Source: an uncultured Oscillospiraceae bacterium
GTDB taxonomy: Bacteria; Bacillota; Clostridia; Oscillospirales; Oscillospiraceae
Direction: 5' to 3'
Length of the DNA: 52,963 nucleotides
Assembly: GCA_947631805.1 (NCBI GenBank)
Contig: CANRNA010000262.1
Coordinates: 1-52,963 of the forward strand
The notes under the pieces are model-generated. The model did no database searches, was not told where the DNA came from, and saw only the letters and a list, made by a program, of their open reading frames with translations. A program made the translations under genes and the position numbers. Shown in pieces: positions 26,675 to 35,497 of the stretch. Within the stretch, counting starts at the first letter, position 1. Every line of letters starts with the position of its first letter.

Positions 26675-28761
26675 TAAGCCATCCCCCTTTCCTCCATGGC
26701 GCTCCTGGCGCCCATGGCCTCGTTAAGCGGCTCCAGCAGAGCACCCACAAGTTCGCCCGTACTAAGGACTATTTGCAGCCGATTCAGCCTGTCGGAGATA
26801 GTCAGCAGCGCCTGCAGTATTTGGGCCAGCACCGTGGCGGTGCCGCCGCCGATGTCACCGGAAACAGGGCCGGTCACGGCGGTGGGCGCAATCGAGGCGG
26901 TCTCTCTGGCAGCGCCGATGACGGCCCCGCGGAGGCCGCTGCTGTCCAGTCCAAACCCCACGTCAGCCACCCGCGACGCCATGCGCTCAGTAGCCGCCAC
27001 CGCTCGGTCGGCGTTGTCGTCGATGCCACCAGCCAGGCCACGGGCAAGCATCTCACCGGCCCAAGCCATTTCTGTAGACGGGCTGTGGATGCCGAAGAAG
27101 TTTTTTATCCCGCTCCAGATCCCGGATATCCACCCGCTCACCTTATTCCAGAGCCAGGTCGCCAGGCTCTGGATGCCTTGCCACAGGCCTTTTACAAGGT
27201 TTGCGCCTACCTGGGCAAGCTGAGAGACGCCCTGGCTGAGCGCGTTGACGATACCCCGGATGATTTGGGGCATAGACGCCACTATGGTGGATATGATGGT
27301 GGGCAGGTTTTTGATGAGCGCCACCAAGAGCTGGACGCCCGCCTGTATGATAAGCGGGGTATTACTGGCCAGCGCGTTGACGATGCTGCTGACTATCTGC
27401 GGGATGGCGGGGAGTATAGTCTGGATAATCTGGGGCAGCGCCTGGATAAGGGCCACCAGGAGCTGGATGCCAGCCTGCACGAGCTGAGGGATGGAGCCTA
27501 TCACGGCACTTACTATCCCGTTGATTATTTGGGGGATCGCCTCCACTATGGCCTGGATGATTTGAGGCAGCGCGTCCACCAGCGAGGTCAACAGGTCGAT
27601 ACCCGCCTGGATTATCTCGGGGATGCTGTTAAGCAGCGCAGTGACCAGGGATGTGATGATTTGCGGGACGGCGGCGATGAGCACGGGGATGGCCGCCAGA
27701 AGGCCGTCCACCAGGCCCTGTATGAGAGCCAGGGCGGCAGTGATAAGTGCCGGGATGTTATCCAGCAGTCCGGTGATAATGGAGGTGACTGCCTGGGCTG
27801 CCATGGGTATAAGCGTAGGCAGGGCAGCCGCCAGGCCGTTACACAGGGACTGTATAGCCTGCATACCGGCGTCAATGAGAGACGGGCCCAGGGCAACAAC
27901 CAGCTCCACCAGCACGGGGAGGGCGGCGCCCAGAACGTTGACCAGGGCGGGCAGAAGGTTGCCGCTAACAAAAGTGATGACCGTGGTTTTCAACGCCTCC
28001 AGACTGGGCGCCATATCATTGCCCAGGGCGAGGTTCCCCAGGACGTCCTTAAATGCAGATTTGACCGCGCCCATGGAGCCGGACAAGGTCTCAGCAGACT
28101 CCCTCGCAAAGTTTCCGGCGTACTGTTCAGTGCGCTCAAAAAACATTTGCATCGCCAGCTCTGCCTTCGCGGCGTTGTCGGCGGTCTTCCATTCAAAGTT
28201 GATGCCCTTTTCCAGGGCGTAGGCTTCTAGGGTCGTGGCGTTCATGGACACGCCTAGGTTGTCCATCATCGTAAAGTTGCCCTTTGCCGCGCCCGCGATG
28301 CTCTCCATGGCGGCGGTGGTATCCAGGCCCATGACGGATGCCACGTCGGCAGCTCGCTGCATAGCCTGGGTGTTCAGGTCCAACGCCCTCTGTTGGTCCA
28401 GTCCGCTCCCCTGGAACAGGGAGCCCATCTTATTGGCCGTGGCCATGTACTCCGAGGCGGACATACCCATGTTTTTATAAGCCTCGGTGGCTTTGCTCTG
28501 GACGCTATCCGCAAACTCGCCGAAGACAGCCTCGACGCCGCCCAGGTTCTGCTGCAATTCCATGCCCTCAGAAAAGGCGGATTTAATGGCCATGCCGATA
28601 CCCGCCGTGGCTATCGCCTTTTTGATGGCGCCGCCGATTTTGGCACCGGTGCTCTGTCCGATGGGTTCGCCGGTGTCGCCCAGCTCTTTTTCGATTGCTC
28701 CCTTTATGCCCTTTGCGGATGGCACAAGCTGTATATAAGCGGTTGCCAGGTCAGTGGCCAC
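26674..28761 (-). CDS. tape measure protein
   Basis: About 695 aa. GTG 28761 follows GGGGGGAG. The central region has degenerate LPQIIQ.IV.AIPQI repeats and is hydrophobic and Gly/Ala-rich. Confidence 0.85.
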   Translation of the reverse strand: MATDLATAYIQLVPSAKGIKGAIEKELGDTGEPIGQSTGAKIGGAIKKAIATAGIGMAIKSAFSEGMELQQNLGGVEAVFGEFADSVQSKATEAYKNMGMSASEYMATANKMGSLFQGSGLDQQRALDLNTQAMQRAADVASVMGLDTTAAMESIAGAAKGNFTMMDNLGVSMNATTLEAYALEKGINFEWKTADNAAKAELAMQMFFERTEQYAGNFARESAETLSGSMGAVKSAFKDVLGNLALGNDMAPSLEALKTTVITFVSGNLLPALVNVLGAALPVLVELVVALGPSLIDAGMQAIQSLCNGLAAALPTLIPMAAQAVTSIITGLLDNIPALITAALALIQGLVDGLLAAIPVLIAAVPQIITSLVTALLNSIPEIIQAGIDLLTSLVDALPQIIQAIVEAIPQIINGIVSAVIGSIPQLVQAGIQLLVALIQALPQIIQTILPAIPQIVSSIVNALASNTPLIIQAGVQLLVALIKNLPTIISTIVASMPQIIRGIVNALSQGVSQLAQVGANLVKGLWQGIQSLATWLWNKVSGWISGIWSGIKNFFGIHSPSTEMAWAGEMLARGLAGGIDDNADRAVAATERMASRVADVGFGLDSSGLRGAVIGAARETASIAPTAVTGPVSGDIGGGTATVLAQILQALLTISDRLNRLQIVLSTGELVGALLEPLNEAMGARSAMEERGMA

Positions 28762-29134
28762 TATTGCTCCCCCCTTCCAGCGCCCGGCGTCGGGCTGCCT
28801 CAAAAGCCTCGGGCGTGTTGTATGCCTCTTGGTTGCCGCCTTGGTCCCCCGTCTGTTTTGTCAGCAGGTCGACCAGCATCTGAGGCCGGTTGCGCCCCTT
28901 CTGGGCGTCTTTTGTCTGCCCCCATACCAGGTAGCTCAGCCGGTCAATCATGGCGGCCTGCATGATCTCGGTGGTGGACGCCGGGGCCCCGGATAGCTGC
29001 ATCTTGATGCGACTATCTCGGGGCAGACCGCAAGCGAGAGCTGCCACCGTATGCACGGGGAGCTCTCGCCAGTCCATTATGTGGTAAACCTCAGCGAGGT
29101 CACACACCAGGGCGTCCCCATCGGTTGCAAGCAT
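28751..29134 (-). CDS. tail assembly chaperone, downstream (frameshift-extension) ORF
   Basis: 127-aa ORF in the -1 frame relative to 29149..29523. It can be reached through an A7 slippery run. Confidence 0.6.
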   Translation of the reverse strand: MLATDGDALVCDLAEVYHIMDWRELPVHTVAALACGLPRDSRIKMQLSGAPASTTEIMQAAMIDRLSYLVWGQTKDAQKGRNRPQMLVDLLTKQTGDQGGNQEAYNTPEAFEAARRRALEGGSNSGH

Positions 29135-29148
29135 ACCGGCGAGGGCTA

Positions 29149-29523
29149 TTATTTTTTTGCGTCGCCCTCCTGGGCGCTGATAAGCGCCATAATCTCGTTA
29201 GATATGGCCTCAATGGGCACCCGCCCGTCGGGGGTCCTTAAATGGTCGTAAAGGGCCTGCTTTTGCTCAGGCGTGAGAATCTTGGATATCACACGCGGGA
29301 CGGCCAGGCCAGCGGTCACGTCGTCGCCGCTGGACATCTCGACAAAGAGGTCAAGCACCTCCATGTCATCCCATACGGTGGGGCTTATATCCACTTCAAA
29401 GCCGCTCGGGGTCTTGTAGTGGACGGGGGCCAGGGCCTTCGGCTGGGCCCCCTGTTTGGCGGGCGCACGGGGTGTCGCCGTCTTTTTCGCCGGTACTTTG
29501 CCGGTGGTCGTAGCCGCTCCCAT
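29149..29523 (-). CDS. tail assembly chaperone
   Basis: 124-aa ORF between the major tail protein and the TMP. It ends in the slippery run. Confidence 0.65.
   Translation of the reverse strand: MGAATTTGKVPAKKTATPRAPAKQGAQPKALAPVHYKTPSGFEVDISPTVWDDMEVLDLFVEMSSGDDVTAGLAVPRVISKILTPEQKQALYDHLRTPDGRVPIEAISNEIMALISAQEGDAKK
29152..29158 (-). other. candidate -1 programmed ribosomal frameshift site (A AAA AAA)
   Basis: The minus strand reads GCA AAA AAA TAA. The -1 frame then continues KKIIALAGMLATDGD... into ORF 28751..29134 with no stop. Confidence 0.55.
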
Positions 29524-29535
29524 TTCTGCCCTCCA

Positions 29536-30096
29536 TTACGCGGCAGCGCCGCCGATATACTCATAGTGAGTATTACCGTTGGCATCGGGTTCGGCGTTGA
29601 TGGTTATCTCATAGCCAACAACGTCACTGTCGATATACGTTATCTCGGACACCTCCGTGATAGTGCCGGACGGGATGACCACCCTCTTGGGGATATCTCC
29701 GCGCAACACCATGTCAAACACCCACGCCATGGCGGGGTTCTCGCTGCTGTTTGCCTTAACGGTGATACCGGCGGCAACGCTCTCCCCGGTGACGTTTTTG
29801 GAGCCGTAGACAGCCTTGAGCACCTTCGGGTTGAGTGCCTCGATGAGGCGGCAGGTAAAGGTGTCAGGCTTGCCGGTGTGGGGAGTGGCAACGATGTCGC
29901 CGCCCCACGCTTTTATGTCTTCATGCTCCGGGCTGTTGTTGTTGACAACGCCATCCTCGCTGATATAACCCAAACCGTTAAACGCCTCATTGAGGTCCGT
30001 CTTAGCGTCGGTCGGCAGGGAGGTCTCGACAGGGGCGGTAAAAGCCGCGCCGCCTACCTTGGGTTTTGCGGTAGTAACATTTTTTACGTCACTCAT
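29536..30096 (-). CDS. major tail (tube) protein
   Basis: ATG 30096 (MSDVKNVTTAKPKVGG) follows GAGGAGGAG. Size and position fit a siphovirus tail tube protein. Confidence 0.7.
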   Translation of the reverse strand: MSDVKNVTTAKPKVGGAAFTAPVETSLPTDAKTDLNEAFNGLGYISEDGVVNNNSPEHEDIKAWGGDIVATPHTGKPDTFTCRLIEALNPKVLKAVYGSKNVTGESVAAGITVKANSSENPAMAWVFDMVLRGDIPKRVVIPSGTITEVSEITYIDSDVVGYEITINAEPDANGNTHYEYIGGAAA

Positions 30097-30460
30097 TTGG
30101 CTCCTCCTCGTTGTAGTAGATGAGATCAAAAACCGCCTGGTAGCGCCTTTGTTTTCTGGCGGTATCTGTATAGGTGTAGTCCCCGTTGAGCGCGGCCCGG
30201 GATATGACCGGCAGGACGGTGATGGCGTCCATGGCCTCTTTCACCCTCTCGTTGAGGGCGGCCGCGGCGGCCAGGGTGGGGGCGTTGGACTTGACGGCCA
30301 CGGTGGCCGTGTCTATCAATCCGGCGCTGCCAGGTACGTAGCCGCTGCCTATCTTTTCGACCGTGATGTACTCATCCGGGGTGTTGTCATTGGCGGGTTC
30401 CTCCCCGTATGCGGGGGCCACCGCCTCTGTCAGGTAGTCGATTATGATTTTTTCGATCAT
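30089..30460 (-). CDS. tail terminator / tail completion protein
   Basis: 123-aa ORF, assigned by position immediately upstream of the tail tube gene. Confidence 0.55.
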   Translation of the reverse strand: MIEKIIIDYLTEAVAPAYGEEPANDNTPDEYITVEKIGSGYVPGSAGLIDTATVAVKSNAPTLAAAAALNERVKEAMDAITVLPVISRAALNGDYTYTDTARKQRRYQAVFDLIYYNEEEPNE

Positions 30461-30714
30461 TTTTGCCCCAGCGCTTTTAACAGCGTGTTGTTCTGCAGGT
30501 TGTCTTTACGGGTTTCCGGGGTGACGGCGGCGATGCTCACGTTTACGCGGGTCTTGCCCCGGTAGGTGCTCACCCTGTAGCCGTCTGCGTCTGGCAGTCT
30601 AGCCAGTACATCCGTTGCCGCGCCCTCACAGATGGATGCCACGGCGTCAGACTGCAGCAACTCTCTGACGCCGGGACTATTAAGCTTGATTTTGACGGTC
30701 GCTTTTTTTGCCAT
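30457..30714 (-). CDS. head-tail joining protein (small)
   Basis: 85-aa ORF in the neck module, translationally coupled to its neighbour. Confidence 0.5.
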   Translation of the reverse strand: MAKKATVKIKLNSPGVRELLQSDAVASICEGAATDVLARLPDADGYRVSTYRGKTRVNVSIAAVTPETRKDNLQNNTLLKALGQK

Positions 30715-31051
30715 GGATGCCCTCCACTAACACGATGGTGTTCCAGGGGCCCGGAATGAGGCTGTCAATGCCCCGGGTTGGGGTGCCGATTACCTCCCAC
30801 GTCTGGCCCCAAAAACGGACACGCTGCCCGGCCCAGACGTGGGTGTCCGTCTTGGGTATGGCCAGCTTATATTCGGCCTTGCGGCCGTCCAAGTTGAGGG
30901 TGTCCACAATTTCCGCGCCGCCGGATTGGACCGGGGCGATGAGCACGTTGGCCACGTCCACCGCCGTCTCTCTGACGATTGGGCGGTTGAAAGCATCGAC
31001 TTTCTCGGTGTCAACCGCCTCCAGCAGGGTCACAGTCTCGCCCTTTAGCAT
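30680..31051 (-). CDS. head-tail adaptor / head closure protein
   Basis: ATG 31051 (MLKGETVTLL). Assigned by position and size. TTG 31060 is an alternative start. Confidence 0.55.
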   Translation of the reverse strand: MLKGETVTLLEAVDTEKVDAFNRPIVRETAVDVANVLIAPVQSGGAEIVDTLNLDGRKAEYKLAIPKTDTHVWAGQRVRFWGQTWEVIGTPTRGIDSLIPGPWNTIVLVEGIHGKKSDRQNQA

Positions 31052-31451
31052 ATAGGTCAATCACTCCTATCCGTTGCCGCCGTAGGCCCAGGCGGCGCAG
31101 TTCCGTGTCTTTGATAAAGATGCCACCACCGGGGACCAGGAACGTCCCGCTCATGGTGTAGCCCAGGGCGCTTTGCGAAAATTGGGACATTGGTCCCATG
31201 TCGCCGCCGTCGGTGGGGGTCATCATCACACGGGCAACGATGTCCACAGTCACCGCTGAGGCCACAGATTTAAGCACCTTGCCGGTCTCGATGAGCACGT
31301 CCAGGTCCTTGCCTACGTTCGCGGCCTCCTGGCGCAAGCTGTCGGAGATTATCGGCAGCAGGGTGCTCACCCGCTCTCGCTCCGCCATGGACAGGTTCCG
31401 CCACTGAGCGGCCACTTGCTCGACGGTCGCGTAAGGGACGCCCGGCGTCAC
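31011..31451 (-). CDS. head-tail connector protein (Gp19/Gp15-like)
   Basis: 146-aa ORF after the capsid gene. The N-terminus YATVEQVAAQWRNLSMAERERVSTLL is typical of connector proteins. Confidence 0.55.
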   Translation of the reverse strand: MTPGVPYATVEQVAAQWRNLSMAERERVSTLLPIISDSLRQEAANVGKDLDVLIETGKVLKSVASAVTVDIVARVMMTPTDGGDMGPMSQFSQSALGYTMSGTFLVPGGGIFIKDTELRRLGLRRQRIGVIDLYAKGRDCDPAGGG

Positions 31452-31693
31452 TTTTTCGCGCCGCTCTTGCTGGCGGACTTTTTGGCCGGGGCCTTTTTTG
31501 CAGGCTTTTTGGCCGGGGCCTTTTTAGGGGGAGCGCTGGCAGTATTGGCAGCAGCCTCAACGGGGAGGCTGGCGGGAGCGGCGGCCACCGCCGGGGCGGC
31601 GGTGGGAGCCTGGACGGGTTCCCACTCGCCGCCGCTGACGGGATAGGTGGTTTCGATCATGGCGCCGGTCCTGGTGTTGCGATATTTAGCCAT
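31448..31693 (-). CDS. hypothetical head-module protein with Ala/Pro/Lys-rich tail
   Basis: 81-aa ORF ending in KKAPAKKPAKKAPAKKSASKSGAKK. Confidence 0.55.
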   Translation of the reverse strand: MAKYRNTRTGAMIETTYPVSGGEWEPVQAPTAAPAVAAAPASLPVEAAANTASAPPKKAPAKKPAKKAPAKKSASKSGAKK

Positions 31694-31708
31694 TTCCGCG
31701 CCCCCTTG

Positions 31709-32623
31709 TCATTCGCCCGCTTTTTCGTCCACGCGGGCAAAGCTGGCGGAGTCAAGGATGGCCCAGCCCAGGTAGGCCTCAGAGCGGAGCAGCACCTGGT
31801 TGCAGCCCTTGAGGTCCCCGGCTTCCTCGTCGTTGTCGGGGTTGCCGTACTCAATGACTTCCAGGGATACGGCGCGGGCATAGCCCCAACGGAAGGACTT
31901 GGCAAAGTCGCCCACCAGAGCCAGGATTTTGGACTGATTGAACGCCAGGGTGGGGTTGGACTGGACGGGCAGGCCGTTAATGGCGCCCGGGGTGTTGCCC
32001 CAGCCCAGCTCGGGGAACAGGCGGCGGCCCTGGGTGTCGGTCAGCTTGGCCAGCTTAGCCCGGTAGCTGGGCGCCATGACCATACCGGTCACCTCGTTCT
32101 CCGCACCCTGTACCAGTGCGATAGCGTCCTCGACGGCGGTGTCCGGGTTGCCGCTCTCGGTGTCGAACTCCACCTTCTGGGTAATCTGCTTTTCAAAGCA
32201 GTTGTCGCCGATAACGTCAGAGGCGGTAGCCTTGCGGGGGTTGACGCCGTGGAAGGCCATAAGGTCAATACCCCGGGCCAGTTTAGCGGCAAAGCCCTCG
32301 TTGAAAGCCTGCAAATAATCCAGGCGGACGCTCTCGGAGGCGTACTTAAACTCATCGGAGATGCGGGCGCTGTACTCCACCTTGAGGGGCTTGATGATGC
32401 GCGGTGTGGTGGTAAAGCCGCCCGCGCTCTTTTTGCCGCTCTCTGCTACCACGTCGATTTCCTTGTCCATAGTGAAGGTAAAATCCTGGGCCCCGTTGAA
32501 GGGGATGGGACGTGCCGCGCAGAGCGCTGCGAGAGAGGACCGGCCCTTAGTCTTGTTCACCAAGTCGGTGACAAGCTCAGGCGGGAAAAGGGCGACGGCC
32601 CCCTTTTTGGTTTCCTGTGCCAT
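31709..32623 (-). CDS. major capsid protein (HK97 fold)
   Basis: 304-aa ORF following the scaffold gene. Its sequence pattern is typical of the Phage_capsid family. Confidence 0.8.
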   Translation of the reverse strand: MAQETKKGAVALFPPELVTDLVNKTKGRSSLAALCAARPIPFNGAQDFTFTMDKEIDVVAESGKKSAGGFTTTPRIIKPLKVEYSARISDEFKYASESVRLDYLQAFNEGFAAKLARGIDLMAFHGVNPRKATASDVIGDNCFEKQITQKVEFDTESGNPDTAVEDAIALVQGAENEVTGMVMAPSYRAKLAKLTDTQGRRLFPELGWGNTPGAINGLPVQSNPTLAFNQSKILALVGDFAKSFRWGYARAVSLEVIEYGNPDNDEEAGDLKGCNQVLLRSEAYLGWAILDSASFARVDEKAGE

Positions 32624-32636
32624 TGTTAAAATCCTC

Positions 32637-33077
32637 CTACATGTTCAGTCTGTTGGCGAGATCCTGGAGATGGCCCTCCAGGCCGCCGGGTCTTTTCATC
32701 TCAGGGTCGGCCAGCGGGGGCGCGGGCTCATGTGTGGCGCCGATGATTTTGACAAGGCGGTCGGCGTCGGCAGAAATTTCTTCTTCTGTCTCCCCCGCCA
32801 GACGGTCTGCCATTTCGTAGGGCAGGCCCTTGTCATGCGCGATTCGCGTTTTTACCGAGGCGGTCTCGTAGCGCTTGATTTTCCCGTTGGCGTCCGCGAG
32901 CTGGGCCGCCAGGTTGTCCTTGTCGGTCCTGAGGGTGTCCCGCTCGCGCTTGATGTCGTCATAGTCCGCATAGGGCTTGATGGCGGTGGCTCGCTCACGC
33001 TGGAGCCTGGGCGCGCTGGCGGCGTCGAACGCCTCCTGGGTGGTGATGGGCGTAAATTCTTTGCTTTCGTCTGGCAT
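32637..33077 (-). CDS. scaffolding protein
   Basis: ATG 33077 (MPDESKEF) lies 10 nt after GGAGG. The protein is charged and coiled-coil rich (DNLAAQLADANGKIKRYE). Confidence 0.7.
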   Translation of the reverse strand: MPDESKEFTPITTQEAFDAASAPRLQRERATAIKPYADYDDIKRERDTLRTDKDNLAAQLADANGKIKRYETASVKTRIAHDKGLPYEMADRLAGETEEEISADADRLVKIIGATHEPAPPLADPEMKRPGGLEGHLQDLANRLNM

Positions 33078-33166
33078 GGTGTTAAATCCTCCCACTTTTT
33101 GCCCCGTGGTATGGGGATGTGTTTTGTCAATAAAATTGTCTCATAACAAGCCCTGCGCCCGCCACC

Positions 33167-33228
33167 AAAAAGGCGCCCCGTTTTGGGCGCCCAGAGGCGA
33201 AAAAAGGCGCCCCGTTTTCCGGGGCGCC
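33167..33228 (-). terminator. two tandem rho-independent terminators after the terminase gene
   Basis: Minus strand GGCGCCCCG-GAAAA-CGGGGCGCC + TTTTTT (33200-33228), and GGCGCCC-loop-GGGCGCC + TTTTT (33167-33191). Confidence 0.6.
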
Positions 33229-33231
33229 GAA

Positions 33232-34716
33232 TCAATAGCCGATATGCTGTTTTTTAGTCTTGCCGGTGTCGCTCTTTGCAGCCCAGTACGCGAGTATCAC
33301 GGCGTCCATCAAAGAGATGTCAGCGCCGTCCTTTATGGAGCGATAGCCGTAGCCGCCGGAACTGCCAATGCGCCGCCGCTCGCAGTTGGTCACCGCCTGG
33401 GTCAGGGAGGGCTGGTCCATGTGGGTGATGCCGTGGGTGTCGATGGCCTCGGTAAACGTGGCATTCGCCGCAATGATTTGCTTGACGGTGGGGAGCAAGG
33501 GCTTGTGGAGCTTTTCGGCCCTCATCTGGCTGGCCAGCAGCTCTTGCCCATTGGCCCCGTCTATCACCACCGTTTTGGCGCCAGCTCCCAGGGTGGTCAA
33601 AAACTGGATTATCCACCGGCTGCCCGCGCGGGTGCTGCGACAGTCGATGGCCTCCACAAATATCACGCCAGGCGTGTAGGTCTTGACCGCCACCGCCATG
33701 CTCACGGTGTCTGCGTCGTGGTTGTACTTGATGCCCACAAAGAGACGGCCCCGGATGTTGGGCGGCTCTTTGCATTTCAGCCCTTCCCATTCTGCCTGGG
33801 TGATGGCGGAGTGCTGGTTGCTCAGCACCCAAAAGCCCAGACGCTGGATGTTAAAATCAAGGGCGTCCGACGTTATCTCATCCAGCACCGCCCGCTCGGT
33901 CAGCTTGAGGCCCAGGGACGGGTTGGCGGCGTACCAGGCATCCCGGTCTTTTGGGTCCGTCTCTTTCGCGGTGCTCCACTCTGCCCACCCGGCATTCTCC
34001 CGGCCGCCAGACAGCACGTCAGCCCGGAACGCGGGGAACACGGTGCCGGTGCTGGTAGTGGTGGGCGGTGTGCCTATAAAGATGGTTTGCGGGTTGTCGC
34101 TGTCGGTGACCACGTATTTCAGCGCGGATTCTTGGTCGGTCTGGTACTCCTGGGCCTCATCTATCACCATAAGGTCAAAGCCCTCGCCCAGGCCCCCCTT
34201 GCTGGTGCGGGTCCTAAACTCAATGATGCCGCCGGTCTGTACCTCGATCAGTTCCCGGCCCATGGCCTGGTATGACCTTGTGATGATGATGCCCGCCCTT
34301 GTCAGCGCCCTGTATAGCCGCTCATAGGCCTTATGCGTGGTATGGGTCCTGTGGGCGGTGTGCAATACGTGGCGGCCGTCCTGGAGGGAGAGCATCTCCA
34401 CCATAAGCACCACCTCGTTTTTGCCGTTTCGCCGGGGTACGCTGAGGCCGTATTGCGTATGTACCCATAAGCCTGCATCGTTGACGGCCAGGATGTCATA
34501 GACCTGCTGGGCCTGCCAGGGGTATGCCTCGTTGCCGGTGGCGCTGTAGAGCTCCAAGGCCTCAGCGCCCCGGCTCTTGGTATACGGCAGCACTACGGCC
34601 CTGGTGGGGGTCTGAGAGCCGATGCGCTGCACATTTTCCGGGGGCTCAGGCGGCGATTTTCGCCGGGGCCTTTTTGCGGTTTTGCTTGGTGCTGTTTTTG
34701 CCTTGCGTGGCGCCAC
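33232..34716 (-). CDS. terminase large subunit
   Basis: 494-aa ORF with a Walker A-like PRRNGKN, Walker B LMVIDEAQEY, a C-terminal nuclease-like domain and a basic N-terminal extension. Confidence 0.8.
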   Translation of the reverse strand: MAPRKAKTAPSKTAKRPRRKSPPEPPENVQRIGSQTPTRAVVLPYTKSRGAEALELYSATGNEAYPWQAQQVYDILAVNDAGLWVHTQYGLSVPRRNGKNEVVLMVEMLSLQDGRHVLHTAHRTHTTHKAYERLYRALTRAGIIITRSYQAMGRELIEVQTGGIIEFRTRTSKGGLGEGFDLMVIDEAQEYQTDQESALKYVVTDSDNPQTIFIGTPPTTTSTGTVFPAFRADVLSGGRENAGWAEWSTAKETDPKDRDAWYAANPSLGLKLTERAVLDEITSDALDFNIQRLGFWVLSNQHSAITQAEWEGLKCKEPPNIRGRLFVGIKYNHDADTVSMAVAVKTYTPGVIFVEAIDCRSTRAGSRWIIQFLTTLGAGAKTVVIDGANGQELLASQMRAEKLHKPLLPTVKQIIAANATFTEAIDTHGITHMDQPSLTQAVTNCERRRIGSSGGYGYRSIKDGADISLMDAVILAYWAAKSDTGKTKKQHIGY

Positions 34717-34732
34717 GCCGGGGCCACCCCCT

Positions 34733-35497
34733 TTATTGCTCTAATCCTATCGTTTTGCGGGCCTCGATTTTGGCGGCCTCAGCGGGGTCTACCCACCGCT
34801 TTGTCCAAACATTTTGGAGGCCCCAAGTATTGCCCTTTTTGACCGTGGCGGTGACCAGACATTTACACCGCTCATGGCGGCGGTATATGCCGTACTCATA
34901 AGCGTCGGCGGCGTCGTACTGGCCTACAAGACCCGCGCACCACGGGCAGCAGTCAGCCGCAGCCGTCCGGGTGACGGTGGGCTGCAGCCCGGCGGCCGCC
35001 TGGAACTCCACGTTCTGGCGGATAAAGTCGTCCGCATAGCTCTGCGTGATGTTCTTCACTGGGGCGTCCAGGGTCCAGCTCACATCCTCAAATTTTTCGG
35101 CGTTGGCGGCCTTGCTGATGAGGTCATCAACGCGCCATTTGTTGGGGACCGGGACCACGGGCTTGAGGCCGATTCCGGCGGCCTTATATAGCGCCGTTTG
35201 GACCTGCGAGGCGGTCCCGTTCACCTTCTCCCGGGCGTCGTCCAGCACCGCCCGGATAATGCGGTCCGCGATGTTGTAGTACAGCCGCCCATCCGGCAGG
35301 CCTTCGGCGGTGATGTATTTTTGCAGCGCGGCGGAGGCATGGCCACCGATAATGCGGGAAAAGATTTGCGTCTCCGCGTGGGTGGCCTCGCCGCCGTCTA
35401 TGGCCTGAGCAATGCGGGTCAGCTCTGTGTCATCTGCTATAAGCTGCTTAAAATAGGCCATGATTTTGAGCAGCAGCCCAGGTGCTATGTCTGTCAT
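34733..35497 (-). CDS. minor capsid / head morphogenesis protein (Mu F / SPP1 gp7-like)
   Basis: 254-aa ORF after the portal gene, with the conserved C-terminal CCPWC...HERCKC motif. Confidence 0.7.
   Translation of the reverse strand: MTDIAPGLLLKIMAYFKQLIADDTELTRIAQAIDGGEATHAETQIFSRIIGGHASAALQKYITAEGLPDGRLYYNIADRIIRAVLDDAREKVNGTASQVQTALYKAAGIGLKPVVPVPNKWRVDDLISKAANAEKFEDVSWTLDAPVKNITQSYADDFIRQNVEFQAAAGLQPTVTRTAAADCCPWCAGLVGQYDAADAYEYGIYRRHERCKCLVTATVKKGNTWGLQNVWTKRWVDPAEAAKIEARKTIGLEQ

Noticed and set aside
27200-27960. Periodic DNA repeats that could be mistaken for a CRISPR-like or tandem-repeat array.
   Set aside because: They are in frame within the tape measure protein and encode degenerate LPQIIQ.IV.AIPQI peptide repeats. 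The units are not identical and have no spacer-like unique inserts.
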